From the NCBI RefSeq assembly GCF_036321535.1, contig NC_087437.1:43092001-43156000 (forward strand): DNA of 64,000 bases. The letters are read 5' to 3'. Source of the stretch: Camelus dromedarius. Its lineage: Eukaryota. The notes under the pieces are model-generated. The model had not been told where the DNA came from. It did not search any database and saw only the letters and a program-made list of their open reading frames with translations. Positions 24,116 to 37,580 of the stretch are shown in pieces (the first letter of the stretch is position 1; each line of letters opens with the position of its first letter). A program made the position numbers and the translations under genes.

Positions 24116-25737
24116 AGTCGTTAAGAGTAAAACTCTGCTTTACACTTTAGGGAGTCCATGAACATTTATTTTGCCTAAAAACACTGATAGTTACATAAAA
24201 CCATCAGTAAGAATAAGAAATATCTACAGGCATTGTATGTTTCCGCCTGCCATTTGCTTCTTATACACATACCATCCACTTTCCACAATCCCCCTGTGAG
24301 ACAGGCATTGCCTTCACTACTTTATTTTATTTATGTGGCTCAGAGATACTAAGTTACTTAAGTTTATGAGAAGCTATTATCTTATTATAGCTGTGGGGCT
24401 GTGTTTCCTATATTAATTCTCATTAGTTTCCTGATAAATATGAAATAAAACATGATGGCAACAGAAGTAGAGTCCTTTCTCTACTTTTGAAATACAAGTA
24501 CTATTGTTCTACTTTTCTGTTTTGAATTGAAAGTTTGGGTTTATTTTTTCTGTGTGTTAGAAGAGAGAAACAGTCACAAAGTCTATGGTGTCTTGACTGC
24601 ATTTCTAATAGGAGTATACAAGATTTTTCTGAAGAAAATGATTTCAGAACGCACTTTTCTGGAATGAATGCTACCAGCCCATTCAAGGAACTGACTAAAA
24701 TTTGAATTCTCTTCCTTTGTTTGGATGCTTTCTGTACTCAGAAATATTTTTTCTTTATTATCTTAATTTTCTCATTACAGTTGTTAATTAGAAGATATTT
24801 TATATCAATGAAAAGCTTGAAATTTCATTCATTCTTTCCTCAGAATTATTAGAGACATGTCTGTGGGGAGTTAAGTTAATTATATAAAATATTTTTGAAA
24901 GGACTGAGTTTTACATTTAGTAAGATGAGACCCACATTTCTGTGGCATTACTTTACTATTGAGTCTGTCAATGAGTAGATATGGGTGAAGATAGTGATCT
25001 AAAACATAAGGCTCCTGACGTGCAGTTCCAAGCAGAGGAGAACTGTGGTTTACTCACTGGCCATGCAGAGACATCAGTGGATGGTGTTTTATTCCCAGCT
25101 TCTAAATTATTTAAATATGGTATTGGCAAATGGCCCACCCTCGTTTCTCTATTTCTACTAAAAAGTAAGAGGGGATCTCAACAACAGTACTTATCAATTG
25201 GGTGCTTAGTAGAATGTAATTAGTCAGTAAAAGGGGAAAATGTCACGTGTAAATTGCACCTGTGACTCCCTGTACCTCACCCCTGCGTTCCTGAGTTCCA
25301 GGAGAGCTCACCCCTGCTGATGTCCAGAATCCCACATTTGATCATTCCCTTTTGATACTCCCACCAGTGCCAAAAGAGAAAAGAAAAGAAAGAGGAAAAA
25401 ATGTTTTCTATCAACCATCTTTGCACCGTATAATTAATTAAGTAGTAAAGTGTTTCTGCTGCACTTAGGGATGATATAGAGTCCCAGCGAAAAGTAAGAC
25501 TCAAGGTGCCGGAGTTGGAGGACTGGGCTAGATCCCTAAAAGAAATTACAACCTTGTATAGGATTATGAAACAGAGGCCCAGAAGTTAAAATCTTCCCTG
25601 AGGTCACAATTTGTCCATGACATTTCTCTCTCTTTCCTTTTACTTTCCTTCCTTTTATTTGATATTATCTTATTCACCAGAAGTCCCCAAATCTGATTCC
25701 TCATCTTTAATGTTATTTTTTTTTTTTGAACTCCAGA

Positions 25738-25775
<38 letters not shown>

Positions 25776-28559
25776 TCGTAGCTAAAAATTTCTAAGAAAA
25801 GAGAATTGAGTTCATGGTCTGGCTTTCAGAACATGATTATTGTAATTTTTTGTTCATTTTTGGGACTAGCTGGAAAATAGTTCTTTGGGGATTTAATGTT
25901 AACATGATACAATTTTAAGGATAGATAGGGTATTTGTCTTCCATATAACACAAGGACTCTTAGATTTCTCTTGGATCCATACACTATTGGGGCCATTAAT
26001 AAATATAATAGAAACAATTATAATAACAAAATTAGAAATCTAAAATAAAGAATAAGGGTAAAAATGACTTCTAGTGAAAAGAGGTCAAAAGAGATCATTT
26101 GGGTGTCTTGTGACAGTCCTGTGCCTAAACCAGTGTAAAACATAAATTCTCAGTTGTTACCTTTATGATTCAAAGTATGAATAGATATAAGGCAAATTCC
26201 AGGAAAACTTTTTGTCTCCTTATATTAGTCTAACAGTGAATAAGCTAATACAGGTTACTTGGTGATAAGTTCGTAAGAAAAGTGTTACCTTGGCTGAAGG
26301 CACTTACTGGGTGGTATGGAACACTCTATTCTCAAGAAGGACTTGGCTCACCTATCTCTCAAATCTGAAGGTCAAAGAAACTAATTAGAGAGGCCAGTGC
26401 GACATCTTAGATACTATACATGGAGTGATTAGGTAACTGTATCTAGGAGACAGTTTATTATAAAATATCTTTGGAAATATGCAGTTTAAAATATTGAGAC
26501 TAATTTTAGTTTCCTCCTGATTTTTCATTTGTTCTGCTATTATAATACAAAAAAGGAAACAGTGATCACAATGTTCCATAATTGGCTTCTGAATAACATT
26601 CAAATTGAATGGCCCACACTTGGTGTGAATCAAATAGAAAATTATTTTTCCACTATTCCTTCATATGTAATATTTTTGATATGCTTTTGTTTCAGTTACT
26701 ATAAAATGGTGAAAGTAACATTTAAAAAACTAGTTAAAAAAACTGTATTCTATGCTTATTTGAAGCTCCTTAATCAGAATTTGATTTTTATAACCCTTAT
26801 TCCGTTCAGCAGGCGTTATTTTGTAGTTGAGAACATTGAGATACTGTGATGTTATGAGGCATGTCTACATGGCACAGATGTTGGTTCTCTGGAAACTGAG
26901 CTCAGGAAAGCTTTTCTAGGATGCCTTAAGATGTAGAGCTAAATTATGGGTGAGAAGACCACAGGGAAATCACATCGTCAGGTGTGCTATTACGCAGAGC
27001 CATGAGGATGGTTTCTTTTGTGCCTAGGTCACCATAGGATGTACGTAGGATATAAACTTCAGTGGGTGCTTGTGCTTCTCTGTATCCGTGTTTTGGATTT
27101 GGCCCTCTGGGCCCAGATAAAAATCACTAGAAATGCCACTTCATTCCTTACCTTTCAGCATTTGGAAGTGGACAGTTGTGAAACTTTGATGGTAAACGAC
27201 TCACTATAGTTGAAGATGTATGCTATTCGGTAGATTGGCAGATTTTAGTAGAGAAGTTTGCTTTCCCCAGATCCTCCAGAGATCTACAACTTGAGACTTT
27301 TTTTTTTCAAACTAGGATAAAACTCTGGTTTTATGCCACTTCATGTTCATAAATATGCTTTTTTTTCAATGAATAGATGGGGAATGCATTTGTTAGAATA
27401 TTTCTTTTTTGTAACCATAAAGGTGAAAAAACCTGGATGTGCCTCTGTTTTGATGTTCCAGGCTGAAAAAGTGTCATTATGACTGTGAAATGAATTAGGT
27501 GTAAAATGAGTTTGATGGTTCCATCAACTTCAGTAGACAGATGTTGATTCCAGCCCTTAAAAGGAAAAGGTAATGCAAAAATTTTTATAACATTAAAAGC
27601 CCAATAAGTTGCAAGTTTTTGAGCATTATTAAAAATAAATATGTATGGAGAATTTTAAAATAAAATTTTATACTATAGTTTTATAAATTTTTTGGTTTTA
27701 TTTTTTAACATTTCCCTCCCATCATCCCCTAAGTATATGACGTTAAGTCTCTTAATCCCTCTAATATTTTTATTCCTCTTTTGTAAGTTGAAGGTGTTGC
27801 CTACAACACAAGGATTCATTAGCAATTAGATAAAAAAATGTGAAAGAGTTTTAACTCTAAGACTCTTTACGTGTAATGGATTGTTTTATCAGAGACGAAA
27901 AGTCCATGAAGGAAGTCCTCTTTGTAGAAATATCCTTTTTTAAAATATGATTTATAATCTCATCCTTATATGATCATTTCTTCTGTAAGAACATTGAGAA
28001 GTATCCAGAGTAGCTTTGGAAGGAGGCGTTCTTTTGGTGTATTAATTTTCATGTGCTAGTTAAAGGCATTAATTGCTTTCCCAGAAGATAGAATATAAGT
28101 ACAAAGTATACGAAGGTATTGCCACACACTAAAGGAAGTGTATAAAGTGAAGAAGTATATTCATAATATTAAAAACTCAAGGAATGGAGGATTTAAGGAA
28201 AAGTTCAAACTTAGCTCCAGGTTTGATACCACTCTTATTTACAACTTATCACATATTCATATTTACTGTTACCAAAGGTGAATCATTTCACATAAAATAT
28301 GAATTAAAGGACTTTATTTTTTTAATTAAAAAAATGAAACTTTTGAATGAGTGCTTTTCTTGTCTTTGCATTATTTCGAGGCTGTTTTGTGTGCTGATTG
28401 GGAATGGCAAAGGCATCGTGAGGGCTGTAGGCTAGGCAAGTGGCAGTATTGCTGAACTTGATCTCTGATATGAGACCCTTTGCCCAATTAGAATTTGATT
28501 TCACTATGTTTGCATTCTGACTCTGCATGTGAATGGGACAGACCATTAAGAATAAAAAT

Positions 28560-28960
28560 CTAATCAGTAAACAGTTTCCTGGGCAGCATTCTTTTTCTGG
28601 CTCAGTTAGGGCTACATCCCAGGGAAATGCTGCCAGTCAGCAATCTCTCCCCTATCTGCCCAATGGAATGAGGGGGTTATTTGGGGTCTTACCGTCCTGA
28701 AGGTTCAACTGGGCAGGTGGCTGCTTTGAGTCAAGAAGTGGAGTGAAGGGTGTAGAACTTGGTCTGGCAGCAAGAAACCTGGCAGGCAAACAAGCTGCTG
28801 AGGCATCTCTGAGGGCTGGAAGAACCAGGTGGGCCTTCAGTCCTTTGGTCTTGTGAAAACTGATGGAGGCAAGGTGGGTGCCCAGTCATGTGGAATGGTG
28901 CCAGGCAGCCTCTCAAAGCATGGCTAGACATGGGAAATTGACACAGGGTGAGGTGCACTT
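28560..28960. mobile_element. Possible old LTR fragment (family not assigned)
   Basis: GC-richer block with an old-LTR-like texture. No termini or TSD identified. Confidence 0.3.
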
Positions 28961-29191
28961 ACTAGATCAGTTTATGGTGATCAGAGTAATGTTCACCATG
29001 CAACTGTCTACTGGCCTCCTTCCTTTTCTTGTTTGTACTGTCATTTACCTTTCCTTTCTTTCCTCCTCTTCTACCTTTATCCCCCTTTCTTCTCTCTCCC
29101 TCACTTTCTCTCTCTTTTTTCTCCTTTCCCTTCCTCCTTCCATGTTTGGGTTTTAGTGATGGTTTAAACAGCAGTGTTTTAATTCATTCTG

Positions 29192-29226
29192 AAAACAAAC
29201 AAACAAACAAACAAACAAACAAAAAA
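29192..29226. repeat. (AAAC)n microsatellite
   Basis: Direct reading. Confidence 0.9.
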
Positions 29227-29344
29227 CTCACGTTTTAATCACTCATCTGCATGATGCTTCTTAATGTGTCATTTTTCAAGAACAACAGAGTGCATAATAT
29301 GATGCATAATGTAGTAAGCATGTTACATGTAGAGAATGAATTGC

Positions 29345-29722
29345 AAATTATTTCCAAAATTATCTCAGTAAAATTATTCAATGAAGTGTTTCAGTTTTTA
29401 TTGAGGATCCAATAAAAATTCATGAATAGTATATTTAGTATGTCTTAATCTAGTTGCCCCACATTCTAACTTTTGTTTTTTGTTTTTCATTACATTGGTG
29501 TTTTTCAATGGCCCACTCTAACTCTTGTTCATAATAATCCATATTTAATATTTGTTTGATTATTTTATCATCCTTAGATCAGTTTAAACATTTTTGGCAA
29601 GAATGTCACATAGGTGATATTGTTTATATTAGGAGGCAAATAATGTCCAGTTATTCTATTATTGATAACTCTATATATTTGAGGACTTGATTAAGAAAAT
29701 GCTCATTGTATCTCACCACTGA
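29345..29722 (-). mobile_element. Old L1 (L1MC/ME-like) 3'UTR fragment
   Basis: gaggatccaata..., tttaaacattttttggcaagaatgtcacataggtgat, ttaggaggcaaataatgtcc. Confidence 0.6.
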
Positions 29723-29751
29723 GATACTGAGGTGACTTTGATCCAACTTGA

Positions 29752-29970
29752 AAGTGAGTAAACTAAAGCCTGTGGGCCAAATCCAGTCTTCTTCCTGTTT
29801 TTGTAGTAACATACTACTGAAACACCTAAGCTCAGTTATCTATTGTTGTTTTTGTTGTTTTCACACAAAGTGGCAGGGCTGAGTAGTTGCAACAACGACC
29901 ATGTGACCTGCAAGTCCAAAATATGTACTATTTGACTATTTATAGAAAAATAAAAGTAGGTCAAACTCTG
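29752..29970 (+). mobile_element. MER58A-like hAT DNA transposon
   Basis: aaactaaagcctgtgggccaaatccag...gctgagtagttgcaacaacgaccatgtgacctgcaagtccaaaatatgtactatttg. Confidence 0.8.
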
Positions 29971-30139
29971 ATTTAGATGTGTTCAGGGGACTGTTAAGAA
30001 TATGGTTTTTTTTTTTTTTTTTAATGTCGTAAGTTTTCTTCTCTTCTGGTTATTGCCAAAATGGAATAAGAAAGAGTGCGTTTATCTCCTGCCTGAATTA
30101 GTCAAAAAATAAAACAGAACAAGCACAGCCAAATTACAT

Positions 30140-32505
30140 GAAACAAGGGGGTTTGAGACAATGGATGTCAGACAATGAAAACGAAAGAGCAATCCCTGAG
30201 AAATCGGAAATGAAGTTAGTCCTGCAACTGTCCCAGCTTACTGCTTTGGAGGAGTTTCTAGACCACAGTATAGAGAAGGAAAATCCAGATGGATTCCAAC
30301 CAACTTCCCAGAGTTGGAAGAGTCCAAGAGATTAAGGTGGCTATAGAACACAGAGGTGAGAGAGCTGTATGCGGAGAGAAGTCCAGAGGTCTTCAGAGGG
30401 CCTCTCTCAAGTATTCAGCACAATGATTAGGGCAAGCATGTGAGGAAATTATCAGATGCCAGGAAAGAATTATCTGGAAGTATTAAAATGAACAATGCAT
30501 GATGCACACACAGGAGAAGATGAGTGCATGTTCCTACCAGCCAGAAAGGTAAAACTCGTAATTCATGAGACACAGGGTAGAGTACTTATGAAGTTCTTGC
30601 TTCAGGAGATGTGGGAAATAATGAGCCATACATTAAGCACTGCTCTGTGCCTACCTAACACTTCTTAAAGCAAGACTCCAAAGCCCAAACCTTTCCATGT
30701 AACTTAACAGAAAACCTAGAACAAAGCTCGAGAATATTTATAGGATTGCAAGCGTACCTAGTATCCAACAAGGTAAAATTCAAAATGTTTAGCATTCAGT
30801 CAAAGGTTAACAGACATGCAAAGAAGGAAAATATGAATCTTAATGAGGAATATAAGTCAATTGACATAGAACTAAACTGGCAAAGATGTTAGAATTAGCA
30901 AGGACAATAAAATTGTTATTATAACTGTATTCCAGATGCTTAAACAAACTTAAAGATACAGAAAATAATTTTTAAAAAGACCCAAATCTAATTTATACAT
31001 ATGAAGACTGTGAAATGTAAGATGAAAAATACACTGATGTGCAATGGCAGATTAGCACTGCAGAACAAAGTCGTGAATTTGAAGGCATAAGAATAGAAAT
31101 TATTCAAAATAAAACAAGATAATTTTAAAAAGTGAACAGAATATGAATGATACGTGGTTCAACTTCAAGAGGCCAAATGTGCATACAGCTGGAGTCTCTA
31201 GAGTAAGAAGAGTGTTACAGAAAGAAAATTTGAAGAAACAATTGTTGAAAAATTTCCAAACGTGATGAAAATTGTAAATCTACAAATCCAAGAAGCTCAG
31301 TGATCCCCAATTACAAGAGATATAAACACATGACACCCAGCATATTATAATCAAATTCCTCAAAACCAGTGGTAATAAGAAAATATGAAAGACATCTGCG
31401 AAGGAAAAGACACGACATACAGAAAAAAAGAGTGATGACAGCAGAAGTTACATTAGAAACAATGCAAATGAGGAGGCAGTGAGCAAGTGCTCTTTAAAGT
31501 AAAAACTACCAGGTAAGAATCATCTACAGCCAACAAAATATATCTCAAAAACTAGTGAAATATGGTGATTTAAAGAACAATCTTCAGTAGACAGGCACTA
31601 TAAGAAACGATAATGTGTAAATATGATACTTTCTTATTTAAATGTCTTGAAAAGATAACTGACTGAACAAAACATTGAAGGGTTTATAACATATGGGTAA
31701 ATAAAATGTATGACAACAACAGCATAATGTTCAGAAGGCAAGGAATGAAAGTACACTCTTGGAAGATTCCTATACTACACACACAGTTGTATAATATCAC
31801 TTGAAAGTAGACTGAGATAAGTTAAAAGATGTTTTCCCTGTGAACTCTAAATCAGTGATTAAAATAACAAAACAAAGAGTTGTATCTAACAGGCCAAGAA
31901 AAGATGTAAAACAGAACTATAAAAATATTTACTTAATCCAAAGGTAGGCAGAGAAATGGACAAAGGGCACACAGAACATAAGGGACAGATTGAAAACATG
32001 TAGTAAGATCGAGTCAATCCTCACCATATCAATAATCACAATCAAGGTAAGTGGTCTAAACAACTCCATTTACATTTAAAATGCTGGGATTGTCTGACTG
32101 AATAAAAAAGAAAAATTCCAATAATTTTGCTGCCTAAAGAAACACACTTTAAAGTAAAAACATAAAAATAACATGAGTGAATCTCAGAATAATTATGCTA
32201 AATGGAAGAAACCAGACTCTTCGCTGAAAAGAGTACGTACTGGATAATTCCATTTATATAAGACTTTAGAAAATGCAAACTAATCCATAGTTACAGGAAG
32301 AACATGAGTGGCTCCAGGGAGGAGGGGCAAAACCAAGAGATTACAAAGGAGCATGAGAAAACTGTGGGGAGTGATAAATGTGAATGCAGTGTTTATTACA
32401 GTGATAGATGATGGGTGCCTGCATATGTGAAAACTTACCAGATGATACATTTAAATATGTGGGGTTATTGTACATCAATTATACCTCAACAAAGCATTTT
32501 AAAAC
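30140..32505 (+). mobile_element. Old L1 (L1MD/MC-like): 5' region, decayed ORF1 and start of ORF2 joined directly to a 3' end
   Basis: ORF1 remnants (atccaagaagctcag, catattataatcaaattcctcaaaacc), endonuclease start (ccatatcaataatcaca...tgcctaaagaaacacacttt), then 3'UTR (gtgaatctcagaataattatgct...tacatcaattatacctcaacaaag). Confidence 0.85.
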
Positions 32506-32657
32506 AATTGTTGAATTTTCATCACTATCTCAAATTCGGATGCAGTGCCATAGAATTCGTTCTCAACTGCCCGCATTCCATAGTTGTATTTTTCTTCTGT
32601 CATGATGAAAAACGGTTCCTAACAAAAACAAAATGCATACTCGTTTTTCTGTCTTAC

Positions 32658-32658
<1 letters not shown>

Positions 32659-32697
<39 letters not shown>
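32659..32697. repeat. (CA)~19 microsatellite
   Basis: Direct reading. Confidence 0.97.
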
Positions 32698-32699
<2 letters not shown>

Positions 32700-33089
32700 G
32701 TTTAGGATCACATCTTATACCACTATTATCAGAGAAAGTCAAAGAAGTAAAGTTCATTTCTTATGTCTCTTGTGCTTGATAAGCAAGAGGTGGTCAATAA
32801 ATATTTACCAAGTGGATTAATGAATGTAACAATGGCAATCATAAACCTTCATGAGCAGTCTTTGTGAGTTTTCAAAATAAAACAAAATTTCATCTTGAGA
32901 AGTTAAAAAAAATTTCTTGCAGTTCTTTTGGCCCTTATGATATGTACGATTAAGGTACACTAAAGTGTGTAATTAGAACACTGTGTTTAATTTACTTGAA
33001 TTATTTATTTTTCCTTGTATGGTCATGTTAAAAATTTGATATATAGTTATGGTACATTTGTTTATGTTTGGACTGAATTTTATGATAGT

Positions 33090-34550
33090 CTTTTCATCTT
33101 CTTTAATTTAAATTTTGAATATGTAAATTATTTATATGATCCAAAAGATAAAACATATACTCAAATCTTTCTCCCATAATAATTTCCTTCAATCTCTACT
33201 TCCACTTACCTGCAGGGAAAGGAAATCATTGTCTTAATTTCTTCTTGCAAAAAGAAACAATGTTTTTTCATATATATATTTTATTTCTCCTTTCTTATTT
33301 AAAATGAGGCATATTTACAGTATTGCTTATTTATCTACTCTCTTGACTTTGCTTTTGTTTTTCTTAATAGTACACCTTGGATGTAACACTCTCTATTGAC
33401 GTCTTCTTCATTCTTTTTTCATCTACATACTTCTCTTTCATCACTCTTCACTCAGATCAGTTTCCTAGGGATAGCATTTCAGTGGTGTCCACTATTTTGC
33501 CATTCCAAATAATGACATAATGAACAATCTTTTGTATATATTGGTTTTTACTTTTGAAAGATTATCTTCAGGATGAATTACTAGAAGTAGAATTGCTTTT
33601 ATTGTGGTAGATATTGCCTACTTCCCCACCATGTGGTCACATACTTGATACTGTCGCCAGCAATCTATATATAGACTACTCCTTTCCCGACAGTCTTGCC
33701 TTTGTGTGTGTTGCCAAACTTTTGAAATCTTACCGGTTTGACAGATTAGGAATGATATCATCTTTTAGGTTGAATTTGGTATTACTGACCACTTGGATTA
33801 TAATGAGGTTGAGTACTCCTTAATATTTGTTCAAATGCAATTGATATCTCTTTTTCTCTGTGCTGTCTTTTCATCTCTGTCAGTCTATGTCTCTGTTCTT
33901 GATTTTTAGAATCTTTTTATATATTGGGGAGATTTTTCTGTGAGATAAATTGCAAATATTTTATTGCAGTTAGTAATTAGTCTTTTGCCTCTGTTTATGG
34001 TATGTTTTAGAACATGATGGTTTTTTAAACTTGTAATTGAATTTACCAAACTTTCATTATTTCTGGATATTTAGTTTTAATTAAGAAAGCTTTAGTTATA
34101 AATTAGGAACCACACTCAGTTTATAAAGTAATTCATCCACTTATATTTCCTTCTCATGTCAATATGGCTTACTTTTTTTTTTTCACTTAAATGTGTTTCA
34201 TTTGGAATGTATTCTACTGAGTAAATTTAGATACAGAGCCAATTTGATTGTTTTAAAAATGACTATCCAATTGTCTCAACATAATGTATTTAAAACCTCC
34301 ATCTTTTTCTTATTTATTTAGAATACTCCTTTATCATACATATGTTTCTGGTCTTATATTTTGTTCCATTAGAGCCACAATATGTAGTTTTAATTGTAAA
34401 GGCTGTAGAATATATTTTTTAAATGTGGCAGGACTGGTACTCAATTATTATTCTTAGCTAGGGATTTCCTAGCTATTCTTGTATGTTTATTTTGTAAACT
34501 TTAGCATTAACTCTTTTAGCTCAAGAAAATGAAAAGCGAGCATTTTTATA
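33090..34550 (-). mobile_element. Old L1 (L1ME-like) antisense
   Basis: ggatgaattactagaagtagaattgct, gactatccaattgtctcaacataatgtatttaaaa, gatttcctagctattcttgtatgtttatt. Confidence 0.75.
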
Positions 34551-34574
34551 GACATCAAGTTAAATTTCTGTGTC

Positions 34575-35123
34575 GATATGGTTGGTTAAAGATGGCTACA
34601 AAGTCATCATACCTGAAGATGTGGAGTCTAACCCCCTTCTTTTGAATCTGGGCTGGCCACAGTGACTTGCTCGTCTGGCAGAATGTAACAGAAGTGTTGT
34701 TCTGGGACTTAGAGGCTTGGGCAGAGAAAATGTCACAGAAACTTTCCAGGTCCCTTGGGACCTCTTGGGATCCACACACCATGCTGTGAGGAAGTCCAAG
34801 ATGCTCCATAGAGGCTGCATGGACAGGAATTAAAGATCCTGGTCACTAATCCTGGCTGAGTCGACAGCCACTATCGACTAGCCAGCCGTGTGAGTGAGTC
34901 TTCTTAGAAGACGGGGGACCCAAGACTGGGCGGGGGACCCAAGACTGGGCTGGGGACCTGACTGAGTTACCCCAGCTGATACTGTGTGGAGCAGAGATGG
35001 ATCTTCCCAGTAAGCCCTGCTCAGATTGCAGATTTTTGAAGAAAGGGAATAGTTACTAAAGGTTAATGCTATTCTAAGCCACTAATTTTGGTGTCGGCTA
35101 CCACACAGCAGTAGATTGCCAGA
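34575..35123 (+). mobile_element. MaLR LTR (MLT1G/H-like)
   Basis: ttaaagatggctacaaa...cttttgaatctgggctggcc...ccatgctgtgaggaagtccaag...ctaagccactaattttgg...cacagcagtagattgccagac. Confidence 0.85.
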
Positions 35124-35864
35124 CCCGTTACCTTAGAGAGAATTTAAACTAGATAGATAACGCTTTAACTTCCCACTTTTCACTAAGATGCCTTTATAAA
35201 CTCGTTATACTTTATTCCCCTACCTCATTTTATTAAAAAAATGTTGAGAGGATTGTAGTTTAGTGTATTTAAATAATTTGTTCTACCTTAAACATATCAA
35301 CAATACTAGTAACATTTTATCAAATATTCATCCCGAATAGCATAGCTTAAGATTTGTCTTAATAGAAAGAATAATTTCTAACAATTAAAAATGATTTGTT
35401 TATTACTTTTATCCTATCTGCTTTAAATAAGTATTCAAGGTAATTAAAAATCTATATAAAGGTGAGGTCTTTTTTATAACAAATTAAAAAGGAAAACCCA
35501 TAAAAAGAAGGGGTTAAATTTTGCATTATTTTCTTAGTTCTAAGTTTCAGCCTTTAGCATTTTAATGCTCTTTATGATTGACAGGTATGTTTGATACAGT
35601 TTCTCTCCCTCCCCCAAATACATTATTGTAGCAAAGAAATATCTCACAATTGAGGAAACATGTGTACATCAGGAAGCATTTTTGTTTCCAAAATAAAATA
35701 AGGACCTATAGATAGATTCTAATATCTGCAAGAAGATTCATCAGGTATTTTGTTTGAAATGGCAAATGTAGGTAGACATATATCCCAATTCGCATAGGAG
35801 GTCAGGATCTAGTGCATGACACTATATTTTCTCTAAGGCATTGCCTTTTCAGCCTTAAATATAG

Positions 35865-36085
35865 CATAGAGGCAGCAGAGTATGCAGTGGTCACGGATGC
35901 TGAAACCAGACTGCTTGAAACCCAGATGTGGATTCAGATCCCAGCTCTTCCACAGAAGCTATAAGATTACGGGGAAATTTGCCTACATTATAGTTTGCTC
36001 TGAAGCTTAAATGAGCTAATATTTGTAGAGCACACTGGAAATCACCTGTATGTACTAAGCATTGTGCGAGTGCTTATTAAATAAA
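35865..36085 (+). mobile_element. MIR SINE
   Basis: gaggcagcagagtatgcagtggtca...ttcagatcccagctcttccac...ttaaatgagctaatatttgtagagcac. Confidence 0.7.
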
Positions 36086-37152
36086 AGGCAAGGAAGACCT
36101 CAGAAAGGGGGAAATAGGTAAATATTTTAAGGGGAGAAAAAGAAAAGAAAAAAACAGGACTACAGCATTTTAATAGGATTTATTTAAACAGCCGCTGTTC
36201 ATTTTATATCAACTACTGTTCCCTTATATGTAGCATCTCTGTAGCAAGTAGGAGAGGTGCCTTTGAAAAGTTTTCAAGCCTTAAGAAAGTTCCAAGGTCT
36301 AAATATATGCGAACCTTTTTGTACTGCAGCAAGTCGTTCTGTTATGTACACACGTTAGTACAGATGGCTATTTTGAGAGAGTGTAAGCAAAACTGATTAT
36401 AACAAATGAATTTTGTATTCTCAAGATTTGTTTTTCTCTCGGTATGTTATCATTTTCAGCTACATTTTTGGAAGCATACATGACAGGTGTACTTACCAAC
36501 TGTGCCTGAAAGAATTATGTTTTGGAAAAAAAGAAAAAACTAGCACTGCAAATCTCTAGTTCCCTGTCCTTTTTTCATGTTGAAATAATTCCTGCATAAA
36601 TTTGTTTACTTCATATTTCTCAGGTGTACTTATTTATAATTTATACCCTGCCTACTTCCCAAATGATTTTAAGACAGCTTTTTAAAATTCATGTATAATA
36701 AGACAATTAAAATAAAAATAGCTCAAACTCATATGAGTGTATGTGAGGGTGAGGCTCTCAGTAGAAAAGTACATAGGCCTAAAATTTTAGTAATTTATAT
36801 TAAATTTAGTTTTGAACTTCCTGGTAGGTCGGATAAAAAGGAACACGGATTAAAAAAGGGACTATTCCAAGTTAATTAGAACTGATAACAATTTTCTTTT
36901 TCTTGTCTTGAATTCTGAAAAACAGTTTTTGGTGTGTTTTCTACCTATCTAGGAAAAATAACTTTTATAGAGTTTTTAACAAAAGGTGAAGAGACGTTCC
37001 TCATATCCCAACCCACCCTTAATAATAGTCAAGGGTATATCTTGATAATATCATTTATTGAAAATTTTAGTTGGCTTTGAGTTTTGGGGTTATTTTATTT
37101 GTTTATAGTGAGACTTGTCTCATGTGGCCCAGATTTATTTAGAATATTTAAT

Positions 37153-37312
37153 GAAGTATTTCTCAAAGCGTGGTCTCCCACCACCTGCATTAGAATCACC
37201 TGAATAATTTGTTAGTTATTCAGGACCTCACCTCAGTCTTAGAATCTTTGCAACTGTCATTTAAATCAAGCTCTTTAAGGGATTGTTATGAACACCAGTG
37301 ATGGCAGATCAC
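37153..37312. mobile_element. MER5-like hAT DNA transposon
   Basis: agtatttctcaaagcgtggtc...acctgcattagaatcacctg...ttaaatcaagctc...gattgttatgaacac. Confidence 0.7.
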
Positions 37313-37374
37313 TTTCTTGGAGAAATAAACCTCTGGGAAGAGATCAAAGGGCAATCTAAGCTACAAGAAATTTT

Positions 37375-37580
37375 GAGATCAGAAGACCTTGGATGCCAGT
37401 ATTCAAGGTTTTACTACTAGTGAGTTGATTAATTTTACCTCAGTTTCTTCCTCACGTAAAAGAGAGGAAGCAATTTTGTCTTACAAAGAAGACAATTGTG
37501 GGTTACATTGGGCAATATATGTAAAAATTATTTGGAAACCATGAAATAAAACTAAATGAGAGTCAGTTCTCATTACTATC
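37375..37580 (+). mobile_element. MIR SINE
   Basis: gatcagaagaccttggat...cctcagtttcttcctcacgtaaaa. Confidence 0.55.

Noticed and set aside
30900..32160. L1 ORF1/ORF2 as functional CDS
   Set aside because: Riddled with stops and frameshifts, and ORF2 is truncated.
33195..33220. Strong minus-strand donor CAG|gtaagt
   Set aside because: Inside an old L1 fragment with no convincing acceptor. A chance match.
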